NCBI GenBank assembly: GCA_001179505.1
Contig: CDMY01000335.1
Location: 51,770 to 115,769 of the forward strand
Source of the DNA: Vitrella brassicaformis CCMP3155
Taxonomy: Eukaryota; Protista; Chromerida
Reading direction: 5' to 3'
Length of the DNA: 64,000 nucleotides
Every line of letters begins with the position of its first letter. The stretch's first letter is position 1. The notes under the pieces were generated by a model. The model was not told the origin of the DNA and did not search any database. It saw nothing but the letters and a program-made list of their open reading frames with translations. A program made the translations under genes and the position numbers. This document shows, piece by piece, positions 1 through 12,193 of the stretch.

Positions 1-18
1 TTGTTTCGTTGTCTCCAG

Positions 19-1434
19 GACACTTGACAAGTTTATGGGCAAGTTTGTGTTCATCGATTACGAGCGTGATGTGGAGCTGCCGCGGAGCTTCAGTGGATAC
101 GACAAAAACAAGGAAGTGGTAGAGTTTGAGACGGCAGACCACCACATCGTCGAGGAGGCCAGGGACTGGGAGATATCTCGTCACGGAAACCCTCATTACC
201 ATCCGTTTCCCTGGAAGGGCCTCGCAAACGTTCCCATCAAGCCCCATTACTGGCAGCTCGACCTCACTGATACTCAACAGATAACTGATACTGAAAAAAC
301 AGCACCCACTCGCTCACTGTGTATCTCTCTGTCATGAATGAATTCATGCATGCAGGTGTATTCAGCCCATTCGTCACTTGGGCTGCCACTCAACCACTTC
401 AAGGTTATCGTACTTGTGTATTACCCTCAGGTGAACCAATGAGGGGTACGAGACATTTGCACCAGTGTATTGTTCTTTTTTCTGCACTCGTATATTGTTG
501 CTAGACCATTTTGCAGCTGCCAGCCTGGCACTGCATTGAGGCGAGAGACATGCACATCGTATTTTCTGTATGTATGTCACTGCATTGAGGCGAGAGGCAT
601 GCACATTGCATTTTTTCTGTGTATATGTCACTGCATTGGCGAGAGGCATGCATATTGTATTTTTTCTGTGTGTATATCACTGCATTGAGGCGAGAGGCAT
701 GCACATTGTATTTCTGTGTGTATATCACTGCATTGCAAAGCATAGCTGCGTGTGTATATCACTGCATTGCAAAGCATAGCTGCATTGAGGCGAGAGGCAT
801 GCACATTGTATTTTTTCTGTGTGTATATCACTGCATTGCCTTGCATTGAGGCGAGAGGCATGCACATTGTATTTTTTCTGTGTGTATATCACTGCATTGA
901 GGCGAGAGGCATGCACATTGTATTTTTTCTGTGTGTATATCACTGCATTGCAAGGCATAGCTGCATTGAGGCGAGAGGCATGCACATTGTATTTTTTCTG
1001 TGTGTATGTCACTGCATTGCCTTGCATTGAGGCGAGAGGCATGCACATTGTATTTTTTCTGTGTGTATATCACTGCATTGAGGCGAGAGGTGGTTTGTGT
1101 CTTCAGGCTTTTTTCGGAGGCGAAGGATGCAGCTGCAGTGCGCCACTCGAGGACACGATCTGCTTGCGCCACACATTTGAGATGCTTGAGGCGGATATTT
1201 GCTGGGAAGATGACAAATTGGGCCTTCTTCTGCTATTCAAGTCCTTCACCAAGCTCGCTAAAGAGGCAGGACTCCAACTCAAACAGCCAGCATATTTCAA
1301 CAACCAAGGTATGACTCACGCTACGAAAAGTGTAAATATCGTAAGTCCAATTGAGACTGAGATATATTTGATGGCTTTTGCGCGTTTTGTTTGCTGCAGG
1401 AAAGATGGGCGTCGGATTGCAGCGGGTAAATTGA
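19..1434 (+). pseudogene. Disrupted copy of the putative class I SAM-dependent methyltransferase-like gene (paralog of 19739-21070 minus); 5' end lies outside the window
   Basis: Exons ..MGKFVFIDYERDVELPRSF..HYWQLDLTDTQQ (19-280), VYSAHSSLGLPLNHFKVIVLVYYPQ, GLCLQAFFGGEGCSC..YFNNQ and GKMGVGLQRVN* match the minus-strand copy near 20 kb. The donor at 281-282 reads AT (GT in the paralog), and the exon TIFWNIF..LLAP plus GGILIVNN..NHSA are replaced by a tandem array. Confidence 0.7.
529..1090 (+). repeat. Minisatellite, about 10 copies of a ~51 bp unit (cactgcattgaggcgagaggcatgcacattgtattttttctgtgtgtatat) with short variant inserts
   Basis: The core (g)aggcgagag recurs near 538, 587, 638, 687, 787, 848, 899, 968, 1029 and 1080; sub-units ctgcattgcaaagcatag and ctgcattgccttg are interspersed. 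Confidence 0.95.
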
Positions 1435-2510
1435 TTCCAAGGCAACACGCAAGGCAACACGCTCAAGCAGAGTCGCACGCATTCACCGGGGCCAAGACAC
1501 CCTATTTCCTTTTCCTTTCATAACGGTGGGCCCACGGGGAATGTCTGTCTCTTTGTCTGTCTGTCTGATCTCGCTGGCTGCCCAGTCTATTGGTGTGCCG
1601 CCAGTAGGCAGTGATAGATCTGCCGCACTGCAGGCTGGGCTGGTGGAGTGTAGGTGTTGGCGGTTTTGCCTACACTCCCACAATTGCACTCCCAGCACTC
1701 CCTTGCTCTTTCGACTGCCTGCCTGCCTGCCCGCCTGTCTGGCTGCATGCGTGGTCCGTCTGCACATGCATGGATGACGGATTCATGATGGAAGACCAGA
1801 CCGTGAGACAATACATGGACGGATCGAGAGACACATACCGAAGCGACCATCAACCAGTGAACAAACGCCATGCACGCATCTATGGAAACTCTCATTCACA
1901 CATGATCGGCCCATACAATGTATCGCCTTCTTGTTTGTCATTGCGTGGGCCCGGAAAGTCCACATCTATATTGTACAACACATGTACCCTCGTTCGCTGA
2001 GCACCGCCGCCATCAGTGCAGGGCTTTCCGTGCGCACCCGCAGCTGCTGCTGCACTGTCGACCGACAGCTGGCAGTGGCTGCCAGACGCATGCACCGGAC
2101 AACACACCTGCACATACACGCGCGCCCCACTGCACATGCAGCACAGCCAGTCGCCATGGTCGCACCTGTGTGTCATGGATCTACCATTGGTACGGCCAGG
2201 AACCCGTCCGTGTTGTGACGCTGTGCGGGACGCATGGCTTGTGTGACTACTTGTGACGACTGGAAGAGACAAACGAAAAGGACGGCTAACGTACTCTATG
2301 CCATTCTGCGATTCTGTCATTCCCTCGTGTGCCTGGGATCGTCTGGGTGTCTGCGCGTGTTGTTTGTTCCGTTGAGTATGCGATAGTTGTTTGTCCATCG
2401 TTCGCCAAGACTACGTGGCGCGTTCGTGTGCATGCGCCACTCGCCTCGCCAGCCAATCAATACAAATGCGCACACACAAACATGCACATACACACACAAC
2501 TGAATGGATA

Positions 2511-2602
2511 CTGCGAGGGTCGGATAAATGGGACAACGGATATATGGGAAAAACGGTATATGGGACACCCTGGGCCGTGTCCCATTTATCCGACCCTCAC
2601 AG
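2511..2602. mobile_element. Tiny MITE-like element with TA target duplication (IS630-Tc1/mariner-like non-autonomous remnant)
   Basis: 2508-2535 atactgcgagggtcggataaatgggaca is the reverse complement of 2578-2605 with 1 mismatch; TA flanks both ends; three internal direct copies of cgg(a)ta(a/t)atggga. Confidence 0.65.
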
Positions 2603-3117
2603 TATATGTACCAGTCGTATAAAGCTTATGTAAGCTACTCAGCACCGTACCGCACCGCACCACACGCATTTTGATGGACACAAACACAGATCGATGCGAA
2701 TGCACAAACGTCAGTCATATGAATGTCCTGTCTGCCCTTGCTGGCTGCAGGGGTCTTTCGATCGGGCAGGACAAACAAACCAGACAGACGTCACGCGCAA
2801 AACGAACGCCTGTGAACAATACGGACTCCCCTCCCATGTACATAAATATCAAAAACGCGCAAATGTACAGGCAGGCAGGCAGGCATCCTGATCCCATCCT
2901 TCTTGGCCCTCTAGATCTTCTCTTCTGCTGCTCATATATGTGTCGTCTACACTCGGTCTCTCTCACTAACTAACCCATGGCTGGCACCCACCCCGTCCTA
3001 ACGACAGCAAGTCAGTCGGATGGACAAGCCACACACACTAAGTCAAACCACACCCAATCCCATCCCTCCCTGTCCCCTGTGTGTGTCAGGATGGCCCATC
3101 CATCCCCCTCCCTCTAG

Positions 3118-6100
3118 CTAGCCGCCCCAGACGTCGGCCAGCCATCGGTAGCCACCATCGCCATTGAAGTATGGGGGCACGTTGTGGTGCAGGAGGCGTG
3201 TGCCAAGGCCTTGGTGAGGTCCGTCGATCATGCCGTGAGCCTGCAGGGCTGGGAGGAGGTAGTGCGTGACGGCCTGGCTGCACGTCTCGTACGCGGGCTC
3301 GGGGAAGACGAGAGAGAACAGATGCATGGTGACCTACACATACACACAGGTGTTTCTGTGTCTGTCTGTGTCTGTGTCTGTGTGTGTCTGTTGTTGGCCG
3401 ACTGGCTTACTTACCACGTCCTGCGACGTCATGGCAGGGTCGCGGTAGGCGGGCTGCTGCCGCCGCAGATGCTCAAACAATGCCACGGCCAGACGGAAAA
3501 CTGAACGATCCATCGACACACACACCATGACACACACACATACACACAAATGCATCCAAGTCTGTCTGCCTGGCTGGCTGACTGACCGAGGTCTTTGAGG
3601 TGATGTGGCGGTAGGGGTGTGACCGGCCGACCGGCAGCAACGGCACCGACATCACCATGGCCACCTGACCGGTTGATAAGGAACAACACACGACCAACAG
3701 AGGCCCCACCTGTGACTCCATCCATCTCCCTCCCTCTCTCCCTCCCTGTCCCACCCAGGAACAGATTCGCCGCAGTATTCTTGAGACCGCTGAACAGACC
3801 CACACCGCCGAACAGACCGCCCGCAGACGCCGGAGGGGGCGGGGGCTGGTACATCCCTCGGCCGCTGTGGATGTTGTCACTGGTGCTGTTGCCGGCGCTA
3901 TGGTTGTTGGCGTAGTACGCCCCTGGCTGTGCCGCCCAGTTGTAGCTGCCCCGTCCCGGCTGCTGCGTGTGCGTGTGCTTGGTGGTGTTGGGCGGCATGC
4001 GTGGCGGTTGAAAGAGCTGGGTGGCCCTGGCATTGGGTTTGATGATGCTCAGGCCGCGTGTGGTGTCGATGTGGATCATGTGGGCGGCCATGAGGGCGCG
4101 GATGACCTTCTGCGCGCGGCGGAGCGACACGGACTTGGGGCGCACCGCACCCTGCTCGACCAACATGTGGAGCAGCTGCACAGAACAGACAGCAGAGCAC
4201 AGAACAGAAAGAGAGAAAGGCCTTGAGTGGTGACGGTGTGGTGCTTGCCTTGACGATGGAGTTGATGGGCTTGTAGTTGCCATGAGGGAGAGCCATGATG
4301 GTCGACGCCAGCTGACACTTCTGGTCAATATCTGCACTCACTCAGACATGAGAGACAGAGAGAGAGAGAGAGAGGGGTGGATGGGTGGGTGTGTTTGTAT
4401 GGTGAATAGTACACATGTGCTGGTACCGTCCACATGGCCGTCGTCATCGTCTTGGTCGAATATGTTGTTCTCCTGGATGATCTTGACCATGAGCTTGGTG
4501 TCAGCCACCAACGCAGGCTCCAGCTCTATGCCGACAATGGCCACACCTGCACTCACACACACCATACCATATCACACCACACCACATAGATAGATATGTG
4601 GCCCGGCCCGCCGGGTGAGCGGCTGCCGCTGACTGACTGACGTGTGTTGTCGTCCCTGGCTCTGGAAATGACCAACTGTTCGCCTGACGCACCGGACCAC
4701 ACACACCCCACAGAATCATTCGCCATAAACACCACCCACCCTCCCGCACCATACAGAACCAACCCAAGCCAGCCCACCGACCTTTGTTGCGCGTCTTGAA
4801 GAAGAACTCGGCCATGTCGGCGTCCTTGCCCCGTCCCTCGTCGCGATCGCCATCGTCGTCATCCCACTCACCGTCCGACTCATCCACACGCACGGTGCGA
4901 CGACTGCCGGTGCCAGTGGCATTGCTGCCGGTGTTGGTGGCGGTGGCGGTGGCACGTCGCAGACGGCGGGTGGACCCCCCGGCCTTGGGCGTGGCGGTGA
5001 AGCGGCGGCGCTTCTTGGCCGTGGCCATGCTGGTGGTGTGGGGGTTGGTGTAGGGGCTGCTCATATTGGGCATGCCGCTGCTGTCGTTGTCATGGGTGTC
5101 ATGAGCAGACTTGACGGGGAAGACGTCCGTCGGCTGCTGTAGAGGAGGAGGAAGAGAGAGGGAGGGAAAGGTGCGTCTGGGCGTGCGTGTGTGTGTGTGG
5201 CTTACGCCTCCGTTGACGGTGAACTGTTTGTCGAGGAAGCCGAAGGACGACAGAATGTTGCCACTCAGGATGTGGGCGTCGACCTGCAGACAGACAGACA
5301 TCCACCCACAACATCCACACGTAAGTAACACACGAACAGACAGACATAGAGAGAAGATCTAGATTGCAATGCACCCACCCACCCACCCATCGCTCGGCTC
5401 GCTCACCGTGCGCATCTCTTTAGTACACAGACGGTCACTGCCAAAGGAGAGAGGGAGGGAGGCGGGCAGGCATCTGCGTCGGCTGTGGGTGCACTGCACA
5501 TATGTACTTGTTTTGCCCGCGGACGATGTGTCTTCCGTAGCTGTCGAGATCGAGAGTCTGCGGCCGAGTGGTATATTGGCTGCAGTATAGAACACACACG
5601 CCGTACTTGTGTGTGTGTGTGTGTGTGTGTGCCGATTTCGTGTGCAGAGAGAGAGAAAGAGAGAGAGAGAGGTGTGGGTTTACGCCCATACATGTGGCAG
5701 CAGCCGGTGTTGGCGAGATGATACCACCGCGTCCAGTGCTGCCGGATGTGCCTGAGGTCGTCCACCATCTTTCCGCCACCGTCATGATGCTTCTTGTTGA
5801 CAGCGATCTTCTGCACACACACAGGCATTCAGGTCCAACCAACGAAGAGATCTCATGCACTGCAAGTGGCTGGCAAGTGGATGTGGTGTGTGCGTCCGTA
5901 CGGTGTAGAGTCCCGAGCCGCGATGCCTCTTGAGCTGGGCGGAGGTCAGCGTCTGCTTGCGACACCCCTGATGCGATTGAGTCATCATCATGCCCACACA
6001 CACAACACTGCACCTGTCTGTCTCTCTGTCTGTCCGTCTGTCTGTCTGTCTGTGTGTCGTGCATACGATGTTGGGCTGGTAGACATGATGCTCGACAGTC

Positions 6101-6768
6101 GACTGAGAGGCAGACAGAGAGTGAGGGCCATCCATCCGTCCATTCGGTCACGCCTCTCTCTGTGCGCGCGAGTGCAGTGCAGTGCAGTGCAGTCTGGGTC
6201 TCCCGACCGACCGAGGCCAGACTTTCCCTAGCAGCGAGGATGAGGATCGGCAGACGGGCTGGGGCCTCAACCGAGCGAGGATTGTACCTGCACACACACA
6301 CACACACACACACATCCACAGAGGGAGGGAGAGAAGGGTGTGCGCGTGTGTGGCATGGCCCCTGCTGGCTGACCAGTAGAAGCCCTCCATCGTCCTCTCC
6401 TTGTGTGGCGCACGTCTGACGCCCTTGCGGTCCTTCTTCTTGCGCACGGTCAGATACAAACTCTTGGCCGCCTCGAAATCAATGCCTCGGTCGACCCTCC
6501 CGTGAGTGTACCACTGCACACAGAGGGAGGGAGAGAGGGGGGGGAGGGATGGAGCCATCCTTTGTGGAGCTCTGTTGTGTGTTGCGCGGTTGCTTACGGT
6601 CTCTGCCTGAGTGTCTGGGTCTCTGGCGATGACCTCGTGCGCGTGGAAGTTGACGCTCTGCGGGGCATTGGACGCGCCTCGAAACACGCGGTTGAGGTCC
6701 TGGATGGTGTCCCGGTCACGACAGGCGCCTCGGTTGGTCCGCTCCTTCTCAGCCAATATGACTGCACA

Positions 6769-6803
<35 letters not shown>

Positions 6804-9800
6804 GCTATAGGTGTGCAGCGGGGGGCTTGTCGCATGCAGTGAGGAGTGGCTTACACATGAGCCATTCAAAGATGCTGTTTTGGATCTTGGGGTCCATCAT
6901 CAGCAGTCGGTTCATGAAGCTCCGCAGGTTGACGGTCTTCTTGTTGACGCGCAGCAGAGGATCCTGGACGGACGAAGGCGGCTCACACGACGGACACCAT
7001 AATCAACAGACGCACGTGTGCCTCTCCCCTCCCTCCATCCGAGGTCAAGGCGTCTGTGTACCTCTGGTTCGATGAGCCCCGTGATGCCGACGTTCTCGAG
7101 CTCAGTCAGGGCCGCCCGGGCGAAGGACGCAAAGTCGTCGAAGTGCCTGTAGCGCACCACACCCAAGACCATGGTCGGATGGATGGATGGATGTGTGTGT
7201 GTGTCTTTGTGTGGTCCTCAGTCACTTCTGGTAGGCGTATTCGTGTTGCGGCATGGTGTCGTCCTCGTGCTCCTCGTCATCGCCATCGCCATCGCCGTCT
7301 CCCTCCTCCGCCTCCTCACCGCCACCGTTGCCCCCATCCTCACAGGGCACACCCACACCCACGCCGCTCGACTGCTCTCCCATGTCCTCGTTGTCATCGT
7401 CGTCGTCCACAATGATGGCGTCGTGCAGACCGCTGCCCCCCGACGCTGCAGCAGCTGCTGCTGGGGTGCCCTTGGTGTTGGTGTTGGTGTTGGCCCCGTC
7501 GTCGGAGCTTGGCACATCCGACATGATGTCGTCATCCGGCGCACGGGCCTGCCACACACAAGACACACAGAGAGAGGGAGAGTGAGGGTGTGCGTCGGTG
7601 GTGTGGTGCTGCGGGTGTGACTGACTGACTGACCATGGACTCATCCATGGCGTTGGCAAAGTCATCCTGATCAAGCGATGGCACACATGACATGGGGCTG
7701 GCTGGCTCTATCGCTGGCTCTTTGCGTGTCCTGGCTCGGCTGTTTTGTGGCTGTGTACGTCAGTCGAGCCCTTTTTGAGGTCGTCGAACAGCGTCTTGAG
7801 GGCCGCATTGCCACTCTTGGTCTGTTCAGTATTGGCAGACATATACAGACCACCACGTCCACATACAAAGACATTCATTCAGGTGTGCCCACCCCGTGGG
7901 CTGGGCACTGCACACCTGAATGTCGAAGTCAGCCAGTGTGGCGTCCTCCGCTTCCCCACAGGCACATCGACGATCGCCCCGCGTCAACGCACCTAATGTT
8001 TGGCCCATACACATACACACACAGACACAGACACGTGTGTGTGGGGGTCCATCCATGGCTGTCTCCCTGACCGAGCATCTTCATGCGCCTCGCGATGGTG
8101 GAGGTGAATCGGATCTCGCCGCCCATCTCGGTGACTATCACATGGAACTCGGGAAGGTGCAGCTGGTTGGAGCGGTGCACACGGCCGAACTGCTGGACGG
8201 CCTGGAAAAGAAAGACCCGCACACACACACGCGGAGCAACCCCACGCAACTTTAGATGGGCACGTGGTGTGTTGTGTGCGCGCGCGTGTGTGTGTGTGCC
8301 TTGTCGGCGGCCCAGGGTAGCTCCAGGGTGTACTATGGCACACACACACACACCCAGACAGGGATGGAGGGATGGATGGAATAGAATCATGCATGTCGAT
8401 ACATACCATGACTCTTGGACGCTTGTTGAGGCCTTCCATGGCTCTGTCGGCGTGAAGGGAAATCCCTGCAGAGGCCGCCTCAGTGATGACCGCCACACGC
8501 TTGCTTCCTTCCTGAAACGCACGCCGCTCCCTACACATACACACACACACACACACAGCTGTAAGTATTGACGTGTTTGTCTGTGTGTGTCTGTGTGTGG
8601 GTGTGGCTCAATGAGTGCGGTGCCAGACGAGTTGTTGATGGATTTGACGCCCTCGGTGCTGTTATCCTCGGCCACGTCGGCGGTGCGCCGCACATACTCC
8701 TGCACATACCATATCAGTACCCATGGGACAATGCCTGCTTGGTTGGGTGGATGGATGGATGGATAGATGTGCGTGTGTGTATCTGATCTGATGCGTACCA
8801 TCGCGCCCGTGTCGGGGTCTTCCTCGTAGCGATATGTGCGGCCTGTCAGCTCGGCGACGCGCGTGGGACCACCGAAACTAATAGGCACACACACACACAC
8901 ACACGTCGATGTGCGGATGAAGAGAAGCCTCGTGTGGAAGTGTGGGTGGAGAGGATCTGTCAGGTGGTTGGTGGCTTACCGTCGGATGAGCTCATCTAGC
9001 GGGTTGGCGGGCAGCTGGAGCTGCTTGATGCGCTCCACTGCACCAACGACGCTCATCCGCTGCCCCTTGGTGGCCGTGCGGTGTGTGATGTGAGGTCGTG
9101 CGCTTACTGAGTTGGTTCTTCCGCGCCAGATAGTCGCCAACTTCAGTGCCGTGCTCATCCTGGGTCTTGAACCACTGCTCACATGCATCCCCCCACACAC
9201 ACAGACAGCCGATACGATACAACCTCTCGCCAGCCCACCCACCCATCCCTACCGACCCGCTCGATGACTTTGAGCGGAATCAGCTCAAGCCCAGCGGTAT
9301 CCATGGCCTCCTGATTGGCGTCGCCCATCACATCCGCCAGCGAATTCTCGTTGTCCTTCTCGCGCTCGGCGGCGTCGCGCTCGGCGGCGTCGCGCTCGGC
9401 CTTCTCTCGCTGACGCGCCTCGCCTGTCGACCACCTGCACAAGGAGGGAGGGAGGGAGGGAGGGGTGGGCTGGTGGCTGGTGTGATGGTGTGTGTGTGGG
9501 TTATTACACACATACAGGGAGAAGACCACGGCTTTCCCGGCGTTGAGGTCTCTCCGCTGCAGCCATCCACCCAGCACAGCCATCCATCCATCCATCCATC
9601 GATCCATTGCCTCCACCCTGTGTGACGTGACGCGCCCCTTACTGCTCGTTTGGCTGCCGTGGGTATCTTGATGGCGACCAGCAGCACACGAAAGAAGCGC
9701 TGCTCGGCACCGAAGAAGTTCAGGTTTGCTACGCTGCATGTGCATGTGCATTGCAGTGACACACCACACCAACCCACCACACAACACACCACAGAACGAA

Positions 9801-12162
9801 CGAACATCTCTGCCATGTCTGTCTGCCGAAAGGTGCAATGCGGTGCGGCGCGGTGCTTACAGTTGTTCGTCGTTCTGTTCGGAGTATCGACAGTTGGGGT
9901 CGTCACACACCTCACTGCGCACACACAGACAGACAGACAGAATGAACAGACGGCTGATAATAGCTCACACACGTACCATCCCTCTGTCTGGCCGTCGTGC
10001 CAGTGGACGCCCGAGCTTGGATCCATCAGCTCCTGCAGCAGACGACTGCACACACGCACCCCACCCCACCGCAACACAACACAACACAAGACAACACATT
10101 GTCTGTGCGTGTGGTTTGTGGTGTGCGTGTGTGTATGTGTATGTGTGTGGCTGACAGCATGTCCTGCCAGATGTCGGTGGCCTGTTTGTAGAGGCGAGTG
10201 GCGTCAGTATTCACGCCAATCTGCGTGTCACACAGAGACAGAGAGGCCGTGTGTGTTGGGGATGGATGGCCATGGCCGTTAGTCACCTTGTGGATATCAA
10301 ACTTGACGCCGTGGTAAGACAGCGTACGAGATGAGAACTGGACACACACACACACACACACTACAGGCGTCTCGAAATGTGTGACGTGTGAATGTGGTGG
10401 GCCCACAACTGACTGACCAGGCCTTGAGATTTGAGGTTGATCGTGAGGCACTCCATACCTGACAGACAGACAGACAGAGAGACCCCGACCGACCACATCA
10501 AGTCATCTTGCGGTGCGGTGCGGTGTGATTCAGCCGTCCCTCCCTCACCCACCCACCCGACACGGCATTGTAGCTGATGCGCCTGTGCAGCGTGTTGAAG
10601 TCCACAAACGGCGTGTCCGGACCTGTAAGCAGACGCCCNNNNNNNNNNNNNNNNNNNNNNNNNNNNNNNNNNNNNNNNNNNNNNNNNNNNNNNNNNNNNN
10701 NNNNNNNNNNNNNNNNNNNNNNNNNNNNNNNNNNNNNNNNNNNNNNNNNNNNNNNNNNNNNNNNNNNNNNNNNNNNNNNNNNNNNNNNNNNNNNNNNNNN
10801 NNNNNNNNNNNNNNNNNNNNNNNNNNNNNNNNNNNNNNNNNNNNNNNNNNNNNNNNNNNNNNNNNNNNNNNNNNNNNNNNNNNNNNNNNNNNNNNNNNNN
10901 NNNNNNNNNNNNNNNNNNNNNNNNNNNNNNNNNNNNNNGGGGGGGGGGGGGGGGGGGGCTGCTTCCTTCGCTCCTCTGCCTTGCCTTGCCTTGCCCTGCC
11001 CTGCCCTGCTCACCAAAAACGCCCAGGCGCTCCATATAGCCCACATTTCGCAGTTCCGCAGCCGCGGTTGCCGAGCCGTAGATGACATGGGCCTTCGGAC
11101 ACATCCTCTGTCATGCATAGCCATGGCACACACACACACGTGCTGACAACAAAGCACCTCTCGCCCTCCCTCCCTCCCTCCCTCCTCCCTCCCTCTGTGG
11201 GCATGTGTGTGTAGGTGTGTGTGGCTTGCCTGCAGTGACACGGCGAGTATGGCCGAGAGCGATCCGCCGTTGGGTCTGTTCTCCTCGCTGTTTGGATTGA
11301 AGCGGCTGGGCCCACGCTCGAACTCGTTGCCCGTGGCCTGCTTCTTGAGATCTACACACACACACACACACACACAATGTGCTGCATGGCTTGGCTTGTG
11401 TGTCGTGCGGCCTGTGTGTGGCATACGTGGCGCGATGTTCTTGGCCTGACCAAAGCAGGCAGACAGGCAGACGAAGGACATTCCATTGGAGATGCATCGG
11501 CACGTCCAGCCCCTCCCTCAGTGTGTGTGAGGGACCTACCTTGTGTGACTCGTCGAACACGATGGCGCCCTCGGCTTCCGCGCCGCCCAGCCACTCGTAC
11601 AACGCACCGAAGCGACACTGCCTGACGTCCACACACACACGAACGAACGAACGAACGAACGAACGACCGATGCAATCCAATGCAATTCTGCGCTGCGCGT
11701 GGCGTAGTGAGATGTGTGGCCTGTAGATGGTGGCTTGGCTGGCTGACTGGCTCGCTGAGTTAGTTACTTTGGGTCGGTGAGGACGGTTTCGTCGCCTGCC
11801 CTGATGCGCTCGGCGACGCCCTTGTCTTTGGACTTGACGAGGTACGGGTAGGAGCAGAACAGCACGCCGTTGCCTGCATCGATTGATCCAGTGAGGTATG
11901 TGATGGATGACCACCCACCCACCCACCCACACACACACAGAGAGAGAGAGAGAGAATGAGAGAGAGAGAATGAGAGAGCGCACGCTGCGGGTGCAATGCG
12001 GGGGTTTTGCATTGCATTGTGTTAACACGCATACGCACATTGGTCGTTGCCGAGTTTGCCCTGCAGCATGGGTTTGTTGTCGCGGCCTGTGAAGAAGCCC
12101 CACTTGAGCCCGCGCACATCGGCGATCGGCAGACCCACACGCAGGTCGCCTGTGTCACCACC

Positions 12163-12193
<31 letters not shown>

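Noticed and set aside
529-1090. CRISPR-like regular repeat array
   Set aside because: Units are contiguous with no unique spacers, the context is eukaryotic and no cas genes are present; it is a minisatellite.
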